A stretch of DNA of 64,000 nucleotides from contig JBODTK010000112.1 of the NCBI GenBank assembly GCA_050613775.1, forward strand, positions 1 through 64,000, written 5' to 3'. This DNA comes from Neocallimastix sp. 'constans'. Lineage: Eukaryota. The notes beneath the pieces are model-generated. The model made no database searches. It was not told the origin of the DNA and saw only the letters and a list, made by a program, of their open reading frames with translations. Below are positions 36,480-51,628 of this stretch, piece after piece. The position numbers were made by a program, and so were the translations under genes. Numbering within the stretch: the first letter of the stretch is position 1; the number at the start of each line of letters is the position of its first letter.

Positions 36480-36709
36480 TAAATAAATAATAAATAAATA
36501 CACAATAAATAAATAATAAATACATAAAACATAATAAATAAATAAATACACAATAAATAAATAATAAATACATAAAACATAATAAATAAATAAATACACA
36601 ATAAATAAATAATAAATACATAAATACATAATAAATAAATAAATAAATACACAATAAATAAATAATAAATACATAAATACATAATAAATAAATAAATACA
36701 CAATAAATA
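36480..36709. repeat. AT-rich minisatellite (AATAAATA/ACAC/ACAT units)
   Basis: Visible tandem periodicity; it explains three overlapping spurious ORFs. Confidence 0.85.
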
Positions 36710-36954
36710 GAGAGGTCCAAAACGCCAAATTTTTCACGTGATATATCAAATTTTGAGGCTTTTTAAATTAATAGTTATATGATACTATTTTGTTGTATTA
36801 TTAATTTGTAATTTTTTTCTTAAAATTTATTAAGTGAATAATTAAATAAATTATAATGGTTAGATAAAAATAAATATTTTTTTACAAAAAAAAAAAATAA
36901 AATAAAATATTCAAACAATTAAAAATTTAATATTCAAACAATTAAAAGGTTTAT

Positions 36955-38550
36955 TTTAAAAAAAAAAAATATTAATAAAATACTTTAACAATTATATAGA
37001 TTTATTTATTTAAAAAAAATATTAATAAAATACTTTAACAATTATATAGATTTATTTATTTAAAAAAAATATTAATAAAATACTTTAACAATTATATAGA
37101 TTTATTTATTTAAAAAATATTAATAAAATATTTAAACAACTATTAATAAAATACTTTAGCAATTATATAGATTTATTTATTTAAAAAAAATATTAATAAA
37201 ATACTTTAACAATTATATAGATTTATTTATTTAAAAAATATTAATAAAATATTTAAACAACTATTAATAAAATACTTTAACAATTATATAGATTTATTTA
37301 TTTAAAAAAAATATTAATAAAATACTTTAACAATTATATAGATTTATTTATTTAAAAAAAATATTAATAAAATACTTTAACAATTATATAGATTTATTTA
37401 TTTAAAAAATATTAATAAAATATTTAAACAATTATATAGATTTATTTATTTAAAAAAAATATTAATAAAATACTTTAACAATTATATAGATTTATTTATT
37501 TAAAAAATATTAATAAAATATTTAAACAATTATATAGATTTATTTATTTAAAAAAAATATTAATAAAATACTTTAACAATTATATAGATTTATTTATTTA
37601 AAAAATATTAATAAAATATTTAAACAACTATTAATAAAATACTTTAACAATTATATAGATTTATTTAATTAAAAAAAAATATTAATAAAATACTTTAACA
37701 ATTATATAGATTTATTTATTTAAAAAAAATATTAATAAAATACTTTAACAATTATATAGATTTATTTATTTAAAAAAAAATATTAATAAAATACTTTAAC
37801 AATTATATAGATTTATTTATTTAAAAAAAAATATTAATAAAATACTTTAACAATTATATAGATTTATTTATTTAAAAAATATTAATAAAATATTTAAACA
37901 ATTATATAGATTTATTTATTTAAAAAAAATATTAATAAAATACTTTAGCAATTATATAGATTTATTTATTTAAAAAATATTAATAAAATATTTAAACAAC
38001 TATTAATAAAATACTTTAACAATTATATAGATTTATTTAATTAAAAAAAAATATTAATAAAATACTTTAACAATTATATAGATTTATTTATTTAAAAAAA
38101 ATATTAATAAAATACTTTAACAATTATATAGATTTATTTATTTAAAAAAAAATATTAATAAAATACTTTAACAATTATATAGATTTATTTATTTAAAAAA
38201 TATTAATAAAATATTTAAACAATTATATAGATTTATTTATTTAAAAAAAATATTAATAAAATACTTTAGCAATTATATAGATTTATTTATTTAAAAAATA
38301 TTAATAAAATATTTAAACAACTATTAATAAAATACTTTAACAATTATATAGATTTATTTATTTAAAAAAAAATATTAATAAAATACTTTAACAATTATAT
38401 AGATTTATTTATTTAAAAAAAAAATATTAATAAAATACTTTAACAATTATATATATTTATTTATTTAAAAAAAAAATATTAATAAAATACTTTAACAATT
38501 ATATATATTTATTTATTTAAAAAAAAATTAATAAAATATTTAAACAATTA
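36955..38550. repeat. ~40-bp minisatellite array inside the MULE
   Basis: Unit ~AAAAAAATATTAATAAAATACTTTAACAATTATATAGATTTATTTATTT with recurring short variants. Confidence 0.95.
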
Positions 38551-38893
38551 TTAATAAAATTAATTATAAACATTAATAATAAAATATAAAAATATAAAAA
38601 TATATTATTGATATTAATAATAAAGTATAAAAATATAGGATTATTTATTTTAAAAAAACTATAAATAAAATATTTAAACAATTATTAATAAAATTAATTA
38701 TAATAATAAAATTATAGAATATTTATTTAAACTACATAAATTTTATCAAGTATATAAACATTTTAACTTTTTAATAATTATAAATTTTTTAATTAATAAA
38801 TTTAATTATAAGTTTTTGTATGAAAGAATTTTAATGATTTTTTCTTTTGGAAATTCCTCTGTCATTTCATAATTATTTATTATTAAATAATAT

Positions 38894-40310
38894 TTATAAA
38901 ATATTATTTAAATTAGTTAAACATTCAAACCACAATTTAGAAAGATCACTTCTATCATATTTTATATTAATTAACTTGGCTTCTTTATTTTTGTATTTTT
39001 CAATTAAGATATTAATTTCATCAGTTTTTGTTTTTATTTTTTTTTTCATTCTCCAAATTCCTTTTATTTTCATTTGGTAATCATAATATGATAAATGTTC
39101 CTGTTCTTTTAATTTATTTATTAATTCATAAAAATTTGGTTTCATTGGAAATAGTTTATTTAAAGAATTATTGAGTGATTCTGAAGCATTATTGGTTATA
39201 TGTTCAATATTATTATAATAATTCCAACTTTTCATATCGTAACCAATTAAATATGTTTCATAAAAATATTCTAAAAATTTTAAAAATTGACAAGAATTTT
39301 TTTCAATGGATTTAGTTTTAATTAATGAAAAAATATCCATTATGTATTCAGGGTTGATAAATGGTAAGTTTGAAATTCCTTTGTAATAATTAAATATTTT
39401 TTCATCATCGTTCACTTCATTACGGCACAATTCATTTTTTTTAATTTCTAATAAATTTTTATAATGCCAAATACAATATTTAATATTTATATTAGGAAAT
39501 ATTTTTTTAACTGCTTTGGATATGCCTTTTTCAAAATCGCAATGTACATTTTTTGGTTCAGTTATAATATTATTATTAGAATTTTGTTTTAATTTATTGA
39601 ATAACATTTTATATGTTTTTTGCTTTTTATTTCTTAATATTGCATAAGAAGTAGTATAAAAACTATTCAATTCTTTAACGTAAGTTCTAGTAATAAACAC
39701 TTGTTGACTAAATTTAGGTGCGATATAAAAAGTACCATCCACAAATATATCATTATTTCTTAAATAATTTTGCTTGGAAAGGGGATTGAAAAATTACTAA
39801 ATCAGAATTTTTGAATATCATAAAATCTTCATTTCGTTCAGTTTTATAATATTCAGATTCATTAGGAATTTCATTAAAAGTTGTTACATTGGATGGTAGT
39901 TTTTTATTAATACTTCTTAATATTAGAGTTTTAACTGAAATATATTCTGGACACGGATATATAAATCCCATTTCTTTAGAAATTTCATTATATAGTCTTT
40001 TTCGTTTTATATCAAAAGGATTTGAATGTTTTTTAATTTCATCTTTAATTTTATGTTTCATTACAGATAGGGATACACTGTATTCGTTTCCAGGATGATT
40101 ATGTAAACTCTCATATTTTAAGATTTCTTTCTCATTATTTAAAATAATAAAAGATTTACATTTATTATTTTTTTTATATTCGGTACATTTATAAACTCTT
40201 GAATTATCTTTCCTTGAATGTGAAAAATTAAATTTATATTGTTTATTAATAATGATTTGTTCTTCTCCTTTATTAGACTCACTTATATAAATAGTTATGT
40301 TTTCTTCCAT
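38894..40310 (-). pseudogene. MULE transposase with N-terminal FLYWCH/WRKY-like zinc motif; frameshift near 39755
   Basis: YKC...CKS...HNH motif, then VDGTF, CDFE, CIWH (CxxH) and TNNASES; two adjacent ORFs in different frames. Confidence 0.88.
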
Positions 40311-42129
40311 TTATAAATTTTAATATATAGTTTTTAATTATATCTTTTAAATAATTATATTAATTATCTAAATATTATTTTTTAATATTAATTCTGAACA
40401 ATTAAATATTCAATTTTTTTTAAAAGATAAAAAGTATTTTAATTATTTCTTTTTCTTTTAATTTTTTTTAAAAAAAAAACAGATACATAAAGTATATATG
40501 AAAATATTTTAATTTTTATTATTTAAAAGTAAATTATTTATTTAATGTATATAAAAAAAACTTAATTATTTATTTATTCTAAATTAATATTAATTATTTT
40601 TTTTAATATATACTAATAAAGAATTTATGAATTAATTAATTATTTTATTTATATTATAATCTAATTAAATTATTAACTTTTAAGTCTTTTTAAAACAACA
40701 AATATATATAGCATTTTTTAGCATATAAAGTAGAACTGGGCTTTCTACTGGTTGTTATGTGGCGACTTAATAATCATCTGGTGTCCGGCCAACCCCTGCT
40801 GGTATCTATTCTTGATCTGATTTTCCCGATAGTGTTTGGAGAAAGGGTAAAGGGGTTATAATGGCACAATTTCAGGTAAGTATTAATTCCGCTCCTACCA
40901 TTATTGGATTGCCACGTATTTAATTTCTATATTTGATCACCCATGGCATCCTAGTGTAGTTGTATAGCCTATACTGTGAGGGTTACGAGTTCAATTTCTA
41001 TAGGATAACACGGATGTTATTTGGCAAGACATGTCTACTGGAGCTACCTCTGCTTAGGAATTTGGAGCGCCGACGTCGTACTGATATAGTATAAGATATA
41101 TATACCAAAGTATATATGTTCTTTACAAGCCCATATATATAATATGGGATAGACATGTGAATTCATATGTGTAAAAAACCTATTTATATATCTCTACAAA
41201 ACGGTTGCTGTAATATATAAATAGTAATTGAAATGTGAACAACAAATTTTAATTTTTGAAATTTCAATTTACAGTTATAATTTAAGTCTTATAAAAATAT
41301 TATTTTGTAATTTTTATTATTATTTAATATTTTATTTATAAATTATATATAAAATAAAAGGTTTAATTCTATTATTAATAACAACTAAAGTTTTAGTTAT
41401 AATATAAAAAATTAATATTTTAAATAATATTAATTTAAATATAAATTTATAAAATAAAATTTTTTAATAATAAAATATAAAAATATTATATTGATATTAT
41501 TAATAAAATATAAAAATATTATATTGATATTATTAATAAAATATAAAAATATGAAAATATAAAAATATAATATTAATAGAAAAATATAAAAATATAATAT
41601 CAATAATAAAATATAAAATATAAAAATATAATATAAATATTAATAATAAAATATAAAAAATAAGGTTATAAGGAAAATAATTATTTATCATTTTCCTTAT
41701 AACATGATTGTCAAAAAAAAAAAAATTATATAAAAATATTTTATTTTTTATTGACCTTTTTAATTTTTATTTATTTATTTATTTACTTATTTATTTATAC
41801 ATTTATTTCTTTTTTACTTAAAATTATATTAAATTTTATGGCGTAATAATATAAATTTTAAAAGCCACAAATAAATAGATGGCTTATTAAAATTTCAAAA
41901 AAAAAAAATTGGCGAAATGGACCACATTCAATAAATAATTAATATATAAATACGAATGTGTATCATTTCACAATTGTGCATTTCGCAATGTGGCTTAAAT
42001 TTTTTAAATTAATTGCCACACTATATAATTTTTTCAACCAACCAATAAATAAATAATTAAATAATTAAATAAATAATAAAAATCATTTTTGATTTAAGAC
42101 TTTAAATTTTTTATTATAAAATATTTTTA

Positions 42130-42545
42130 AATAAAAAAATAATAAATAATAAATAATAAATAGTAAATAATAAATAATAAATAATAAATAATAAATAATA
42201 AATAATAAATAATAAATAATAAATAATAAATAATAAATAATAAATAATAAATAATAAATAATAAATAATAAATAATAAATAATAAATAATAAATAATATA
42301 ATAAATAATAAATAATAGATAATAGATAATAAAGAATAAAGAATAAATAATAAATAATAAATAATAAATAATAAATAATAAATAATAAATAATAAATTTA
42401 AATAATAATAAATAAATAATAAATAATAAAGAATAAAGAATAAAGAATAAAGAATAAATAATAAATAAATAAAATAAATAAATAATAAATAATAACAAAT
42501 AATTAATAAATAATAAATAATAAATAATAAATAATAAATACATAA
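42130..42545. repeat. (AATAAAT)n microsatellite
   Basis: 7-bp tandem repeat; a reverse-complement tract lies at ~43050-43300. Confidence 0.9.
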
Positions 42546-44943
42546 ATACATAAAAAAATTTTTAAATAATAGAAATAATATACATTTAATGAAAATTTTC
42601 CTTTGTATCAAAACTTCAACTTTATTTATTAATGAAATTTCAACTTTAATAATTAATTATTATAACCTTATTAGTTGTGTTCAATCTTTTTTTTTTTATA
42701 GACTTTGTATATACCTACATATACTAACTCTCAGGCTTTAATTTTTAGAAAAGGAAGAATATTTAATAAGTTAATAATTTGTGTAATTTAATTACTAAAT
42801 ATATTGTTAGGGAAAAATATGTTTCTCTTACATATGATATTAACAATAAAAAATGAATAAATAAAATATACAATAGAACTTACATTATATAAAAGATTTC
42901 AAAATATAAACGAAAAAGTATATTTAAGAATACTTTGACTAATAAATATTTTTTCATTTATTACATATATTTATGATTTTTATCATAAAATTCTAAACTA
43001 CAAAGTTCTTAAATTTTTTTTTAATGATTTCTAGTCTTTCCATTATTTATTATTCAATTATTTAGTATTTATTATTTATTATTCATTATTCATTATTCAT
43101 TATTAATTATTTATTATTATTTATTATTTATTATTTATTATTTATTATTTATTATTTATTATTATTTATTATTTATTTTTTTTTATATTTATTATTTATT
43201 TATAATTTATTATTTATTTATTATTTATTATTTATTATTTATTATATTTATTATTTATTTTTTTTTTTTTTTATTTATTATTTATTATATTTATTATTTA
43301 TTTTTTTTTTTTTTTAAGTTATTATACATATTAAAAAAAAAAAAAAAATAAGTAATAAATATAATAAATAATAAATTATTATACATATTTAATTAGATGG
43401 TGTTACATATATTTTGTATTATTTTATATGATATTAGAGATACATATTCTAAATATTACATTTCTACATTGTGATGTGTTATTCATTGTTTATTATTACG
43501 GCTTTAGAATTATCATTTCCCTTTTTTTTCAAAAAGTTTTTTTTTTTTAAAAAATAGAAAAAGTTTTATATTATAGATTTATTTTTTTTTAAAAAAAAAA
43601 AAATTAGTATTATAAATGAATTAAATATATATATATTCTTTCTCATTTTATTAATTTATATTTTAATATCAACAATTTTATTTCAATTTAATATATCAAA
43701 AAAAAAAAAAAAAAAAAAAAACAATAGAAAATTTATAATTTGCTGAAACATTTATTTGTTATAAATTTTATTTTTTAAAAATATAAAAAATAAATGAATT
43801 ATTTTATCCTTTTTTTTTTTTTGAATAGTAATTTATATTAAATAAAGTTTATATATATATGTAAATTACACAAATTTAATATCTATAAATTTTTTTATCA
43901 TATATATACTTACATACTTTTTTTTTTTAATATAATATAATATTAATATTGGAATAATCAATTTTTTTTTTTTTTAATTATATTAAATATAGTCTTCAGC
44001 GATATTAAATTATAAATAAATAATAAATTTTATACAAACTTAATTAAAATAAAACAAGATAATATTAAATATTTTAATATATAAATATATATTTTTTTAA
44101 ATATTAATATTAAATAATAAAAATAAAAATAAAAATAAAATTTTATATAATAGAAAGGTAAAATAATATAAATATGTATTTTTTTTGTTTTCCATTAAAG
44201 GGATTTAATATTATTTAAATATTAATATAATAAAATATTTATACAATACATAACTTTAATTTATATTGTAAATTTTCAAATAAATTGAAGAAAAATTCCC
44301 AATTTTTTTTTTTATATTTTATAAAAAACAAAATTCAATATGAATATTTTTAAAGAAATCATGTTATAATAGAAATAATTTTAATTTAACACCAAAAAGT
44401 ATTTTATTCTTAATGAAGTAATAATAATAAATTAATAAATTGAAATAGAATAAAATAGAAAAGTATTATTATATTCAATATTACGTAAATTAAATATTTA
44501 GAATTCAGTTTTACAGTATTGCATATAATTTAATTTAATTATATAAAATTATAATTATATAAAAAGGCTACTAAATATAGATTTTATATATTAATAAGAA
44601 GATATTCAATTCTATTAATATAAATATACAAATAAATTATTCTTTTAGAAAAATTTAATAGTCTTTTTTCTTTTTCTTTTTTGTTTATTTTATTATTATT
44701 TTATTATTTTCAATCAGAAATTTCAAGTAAAAAATTCAAATAACAAAAAAATATCTAGTAAATTTTAATATTAATAATTCCATCAGAAAACAATAAATAT
44801 TAAAATTTAAAAAGAGAATTATATATATTTAAATAAATATTTAACATTATTTAAAAAGTAATGATATAATTAATAATAAAAATAATAAAAAATAATACAA
44901 TATTGAAATTATTTTATAAGAAACTTTAATAAATATTTTTACA

Positions 44944-46413
44944 ATGGCATTAACTTATAAATTATTGGTTGAAACAGTTTCAGATGTTATCAATAAATCA
45001 CAATATTTCAATCCATTATTATCATGGCTGGTAGTAACATTTATTTATTTTTCAATAGGTATACGTTCGGATACAATATGGAAATACCTATATGAAGTTA
45101 CAAATTGGGGTTTTTATGCTAGTTTATTTTCCATAATTAAATTTGTTTCAAAGAATCTTAACTATAAATACATGGAATTATATAGATATTTTGTATGGCC
45201 TGAAACTTATTGTTTTGGTTTTAACGAGTGGGGTCTTGTTTATATTAATTTTATTAAAATTAGATCTTGTATTAAAACGTTAAAGTCAAAAACATGGAAT
45301 TTACTTATTTATGCTTTTTTAGTGTATACTCAAATATGTCGTACTATTATTACCTATCATGAAATAAATGAAGAAAAACAAAAAGAAGATGGTGTCAAAA
45401 ATGTAGAAATATTAAGTGTTAGATATCATGCAATTCTTTATATACCAATGGGTATATTTGAATTAATATTTTTATATTTAATCATAAAAAATATGTTAAA
45501 AGAGAAAGATCAAAAATCAAGAAGCGTTTTAAATGTTCTTCTTCACAGTACTCTTTCAAGAATGTTTATAGGTAACAAATAAATATGTTTTAATAAGTTT
45601 TGGTTAATTATTAATTTTTTATTTTTAAAATAAAATAACAGAAAAAAAATTTTTTTTCTGTTTATTAAAAATTATAATAAATGTATTATTTTAATATTTT
45701 TTTAATTTCATATTTATTAATTATTAAAAAAAAAAAAATTATTAATATATTTTAATATATATATCTTTGATATAGTTTCATTGATATTTTTTTCTATGTC
45801 TATAGTAGTATGGTTTGATAAGGAAGGTGTAGCATTACTTTTTAATAGAATCCTTTGGAGAATGAAAGGTTCACTTAGTATTATATATTTAGTGGATTTA
45901 TTGCTTCTACGTATTGAATTAGATACCACTACAGTAAAGGATATTTCAGAAAAATTAGAAAAGGCAAATATAGAAAATTCAATTATTAATTCTCAAAATA
46001 ATTTCTTTTATGCAACAAATACATTGAATAGTCCTGTGAATAGTTATGTGAATAATTCCATGAATAGTCCTGTGTATAGTCCAAAGATGAATTATTCACA
46101 TCATTCATCTAATTCTAGTTTTATTACTAAGAAACAAGATGTTAATTACCCAAATCATATTCCAACTAGTCCATCCAATACAATTGGGTCAATAAGACTA
46201 TCAACTTTTTCAACAACTAAAAATATGGTTGATAATATACCAAGAGACTCAATGGAATTTCGTAATTCAAAAGAAATGCTTTTAAATACAACTGAATCTC
46301 ATGGAAATATTGATAATAATTTATACAATAATGAAAATAATATTAGAGAATATATTTATAATGATACTACTGTAGAAAAGGATAATCACACACACACAAA
46401 ATCAACAAAATAG
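44944..46413 (+). CDS. Uncharacterised 7TM membrane protein, paralog 1 (exons 44944-45571, 45776-46413)
   Basis: Phase-1 GT-AG intron joins two ORFs; seven hydrophobic segments; homologous to the genes at 50356 and 60870. Confidence 0.85.
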
Positions 46414-46428
46414 TAATAATTATTTTAT

Positions 46429-46463
<35 letters not shown>

Positions 46464-47074
46464 TTAGCTAAAACAATCAAAGAAATATTAAAAAGCATTA
46501 CATAATATAATTTTATACCTTAGATGTATTAAAATTAATAATATATATACATATTTTTTATAAAATAATTTATAAAAACTTTTAAATTAAAAAAATTAAA
46601 TTTTTTAATCATTTTATTATCATTATTAATTTTATGAATTTTCATAAAAATCATGTGATGTAGTAAATAACAAAATTATATTATGATTTTTTATGAATTT
46701 AGTAATTGTATAAAATTATTAGATATTTAAATATATATAATTTATTAAAAAAAAAATTATGAAAATAATACTAATTTTCATTAAAAAGCATTAACAATAG
46801 ACTAAAAACAAAAAGTAAAAAATTAAAAATAAAAATAAAAAATAAGAATAAAAAATAAAAAATTATAAAAATAATAATAATAATAATAAAAAGAGAAAAT
46901 TTTGTTATTTAAATAAATAAAATACTTTAAAAATAAAATAAAATAAAATAAAATAAAATAAATAAATAAAATATATATTATATATGAAAATAAAAATATT
47001 GTACTTATTTTATTTCTTATTTCCTATTATTATTATTCTAATCTATTATTATTCTGTATTTATTCTTAATATAT

Positions 47075-47345
47075 TTTTATTTTTATTTTTGTTTTTATTT
47101 TTATTTTTATTTTTATTTTTATTTTTATTTTTATTTTTATTTTTATTTTTATTTTTATTTTTATTTTTATTTTTATTTTTATTTTTATTTTTATTTTTAT
47201 TTTTATTTTTATTTTTATTTTTATTTTTATTTTTATTTTTATTTTTATTTTTATTTTTATTTTTATTTTTATTTTTATTTTTATTTTTATTTTTATTTTT
47301 GTTTTTATTTTTATTTTTATTTTTATTTTTGTTTTTGTTTTATTT
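47075..47345. repeat. (TTTTTA)n microsatellite
   Basis: Hexamer tandem repeat that yields a poly-FL ORF. Confidence 0.95.
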
Positions 47346-50300
47346 TATTTTATTTTTTTATTCTATATAAATTTTTTATTTTTTATTTTTTTCTTATTTA
47401 TTATATATATAAATTTGTTATTCTGTATAATTTTTTTTTTATTTTTTTTTTATTTTTTTATTATTAATTAATTTTAAATTTTTATTATTAATTAATTTTA
47501 TTTTTAATTACTTAATTAATATAAAAATAATTATTCATAATAATCAAAATAATATAAATGATTATTATTATTATAAATTAATAAAGATTAAAAAAGGAAA
47601 ATTAAAACATACTCTTTTATTAAAATTATTGAAATATAAAATTTAAGTTGAAGATCTTTTTTTTTTTTTTTTTTATATAGAATTAAAATAGATATAAAAT
47701 TAAAAGTAATATTAAACTAAATTGAAAATTTATGGAGTACAAAAAAACTTTTCTTTTTTTTATATATTATTTGCCATGGAAAAAAAAAAAAATAAAAATA
47801 AATAGAAAATAAATAAAATAATAAATAAATAATAAATAAGTAAATAGATAATAAAAGAATACAATTTCCATAATATACTTAAAAATGAATAAAAAAAAAA
47901 AAAGGTACAAATTTCAAAATTAAGAATTTATGGAGAATTTTTAGTTAGAAATCCAAAATCAATCCTGTTATTTTATTTATTCGATATAATTATTTTATTA
48001 TATAGACCAAGAATATAATGTTTAAAAAATATTTAAAACAACAAATATATATAGATATTAAAAAATTTTTTTTTCCTTTGTCATTATGGCTTTCTTAATT
48101 TATAATTTATATGGTTAACTCTTTTTAAATATCATCAATAATATTCAGTGAATATTGTATATAAAGAATAATTCAAAAATAAATAAAATGACATATTCCT
48201 TTCAAAAAAAAAAAAAAAAATTATGAATAATAATGATTAATCATGAATAATATAAATTTTTGTTAAGTTTCTATATATATATCTATTATTTATATTTAAT
48301 ATTTAATATATTGAAATACAGTTTATTCTAATAAAATTTTAGTTTTTTTTTTTTTTCTTTTACTATATTATTTTATCAATAAATAATTAAAAATGAAAAG
48401 GTAGGCTATGATATGTAATGAGTATTGATTTTTTATTATTAAATTATTTTTAATAGTTAATGGGAGAATAATTTTTAATTATTACAAAGATAAAATTTAT
48501 CAAAAAAAAAAAATAAAATAAAATAAAACAAAAAAAAATAAAAAAAAAAAAAATTAAAAATATTACAAATATTACGATATAAGTACTTTAATACAAATTT
48601 AACAAATAGGTAATCCAATAAATTTATTAAAGAAAATTAATAAATAATTCTTTATAATTAGCCCTTTCATAATATATTAAAAAAAATTTTTTTTTATTAA
48701 ATTAATTATTTGTTAATTAAAAAAATTTTATTTCAAAATGGGTAAATTTCTTAGTAAAATGTCTTTACTTCAAAATGAGTATTATCATTAATACGAATAT
48801 ATCTATCTATTCTATTCCGTTAAAAATATATAATACAAAATTTCCTTTTTTTTATATGAGAAGAAATAGTGTAACTTTATTTATACTTATTTTTATCTTT
48901 TTATATAATAATTATAAATAATTATGTTTAGAAAAAAGAACTGTATTATATAATAAATAAATAAAATACAAATATATGAATTATAAAAAAGTAAATAAGA
49001 TAAGCATCTTGTGTTACAATTAAAATAAACTTTAATTAATATATTTATATAAATTAAATATTAAATAAAATTTGTAATTTAAATAACCTTTAATATGTCT
49101 TTTTTTTTTTTTTTTTTCTATGTTTCATTATTTATGAAATTATTGTTTAAAAATGTTATTCAAAAACTTTTTAATTATTGTTTTTTATAATAGATTGATA
49201 TAAAAAGATAATTATTTTGTATTATTTATTTTAGTTTTTTATTTTATTCTATTTCATTTTTTTTACTATATTTACTCTATAATAAAATTAAAATAATATT
49301 ATAATTAATACATTACTTATTATCTTGGTAATAATAATAAATATAACAAATTTTCATAATAAATTGGATAAAGAGAAAAAAAAAATTATATATTGTAGTT
49401 ATAATTAATATTCCTTTGTTTCAGTTTTTTTTATGTATAATTAATATAATTAAACCAATATTAAAATTTTATGAAAAAGAAATCAAAGTAAATGAAAATA
49501 AAATTGTTATTTATAACAAGCTTTTTATTTATATTTTATTTTATTAATTATTTGCAACAAATTAAATATAAATATATAGTATTAATTTAAAATTAAAAAT
49601 AAACAAATAATATATATTTTTAATATAATAAAGTTTAATATATATATTTTTTTTCTTTTTTTTCTTTTTTTTTTTTTTTGTATTTTACAACATTTATTCA
49701 TTAATTAATCTTAAAAACTTTAAATATAAGAAATTATATTTAATTACTTTTTTTTTTTTATTTTTTTATTTTTTTTTTTTTTTTTTAATTTATTTTATTA
49801 TCAATATTAAAATCATCATTGTTATTTATTATCATTGATAATTATTTATAAATTGTTTTTAAAATTAGTAAATAAAAAATATATAAACTGTTTTTATCAG
49901 TTTATATATTTAATAATTTTAAAAAATAGAAATAAAATTATTTTATAATTGAAATTTATTTTAAAAAAAATGTTTATATAAACTAATTAATTTAATTTAT
50001 AATTTGAAATATATAATAAATATTTTTTTTATTTTATTTTTAAAAAAAATAAATTTAACTAATTAATATTAATAATAAGCTCTTTAAAATTAATATTAAG
50101 TATTTTACAAATATTATAAAATTCATTTATTTAAATTTATTTTTTTGTTGTAAAAAAAAAAAAAGAAAAAGAAAAAAAAAAGTAAAATAAAATAAAATAT
50201 ATATAAATAAATAAATATAAAAATTAAAACCATTATTAAAAATTTAAAAATAAACAATATAAAAATTCTTTTTTTAAAAAAAAAAAAAAAAAAGTAAATA

Positions 50301-50355
50301 AATATATATATATATATATATTATAAATAGAAGGTGAAAATATTACAATATTAAA

Positions 50356-51213
50356 ATGAATTCAACATTTATAATAGATTATGAAAATATTAATTGCAAT
50401 TCAACAAATATTAAAAATATAAGTGACTTATTGGGGGAAGAAATTAATAAGGCACAATATTTTAGCCCATTATTTTCATGGTTTGTTGTAACTTACACCT
50501 ATTACACTATTGGAAGAAAAAATGGAACAATATGGAGATATCTCTTTTATGTTACAACATTTGGTTTAATTGCTAATGTATTAGATATAATAAAAAAGGT
50601 ATCTGTAGGGCGTCAATATCATTTTAATGTTTTCATTCAAATTAACTGGATTAGTACCATTTTTTATGGTTTAAACGAGTGGGGATTTGTATATATTAAT
50701 TATTCAAAGATTAGAGCTTGTGTTGAACTTTTAAAAACAAAAATATGGGTTGTTCTTATATATTCATTTTTGTGTTATATACTTATCTGTAGAATTATAA
50801 TTACATATTATAAAAATCAAGAAGAATGGGAAGATTATACCAAATACTGTTTATTAAAGAATAGTAGATTTAGTTCTCAACTTCATGCTTTAATCTATAT
50901 TCCAATAGGTTTATTGGAACTGGGATTAATTATATGTGTTTTAAATCAATATTTAAAAGAGAAAAAAATTTTAAGTTCAACAAAAACAGAACTCTATGTT
51001 TTATTTCATAGTACTATAGGAAGAACAATAATGAGTAAGTAATAAATAAATAAATATATAAATATATAAATATATAAATAAAAAATAAAAAATTATATAA
51101 TAAATTTAATTTATATATATATAATGAATTTTTTAATTTTTGAATACTAAATATTGAATACTAATAAAAAATTATAATTTATTTATTTATTTTATTTTAT
51201 TTTTATTTTATTT

Positions 51214-51248
<35 letters not shown>

Positions 51249-51628
51249 TATCACTTATTTATATTTACATTGCTATTGATGTTCTATTAAAGTCAAATGC
51301 TGTAGTAGAACTTTTGAGAAAAATATTTTGGAGAGTAAAGGGAATTTTTGGTGTGATATTTTTAGTAGATCTTTTACTACTAAAAATTGATATAGATCAA
51401 AATAAAATATTAATACAAAAAGACTTAATAAATATTAAAAATAAATTTGAAATAATTCGTAGTGTACCCACTCATCGAAAGAATTCATTAAAAAGTTTAT
51501 CAAATTATTCTAATTTTTCACAATATCAAAATCTATTACCATCAACAGCTTTAATACATTCTAATGAAAGTTTAAATCATAATTCCACAAATAGTAATAT
51601 ACCTTTAGTAAATCAAAATTATCCATAA
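50356..51628 (+). CDS. Uncharacterised 7TM membrane protein, paralog 2 (exons 50356-51034, 51249-51628)
   Basis: Same intron position and phase; NKAQYFSPLFSWFVV, NEWG and WRVKG...VDLLLL motifs. Confidence 0.85.

Larger units (their letters stand above)
36710..41929 (-). mobile_element. Mutator-like (MULE) DNA transposon
   Basis: Imperfect TIRs (GAGAGGTCCAAAACGCCAAATTTTT versus reverse-complemented GAATGTGGTCCATTTCGCCAATTTTT), flanking direct repeat (C)AATAAATA of 8-9 bp, internal transposase. Confidence 0.82.

Noticed and set aside
40874..40884. U1 snRNA gene on the minus strand (ATACTTACCTG)
   Set aside because: No ATTGCAC loop II or Sm site at U1 spacing; better read as a plus-strand splice-donor-like sequence.
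36421..47370. Hydrophobic ORFs at 36421-36749, 42114-42611 and 46984-47370
   Set aside because: They are translations of microsatellites.
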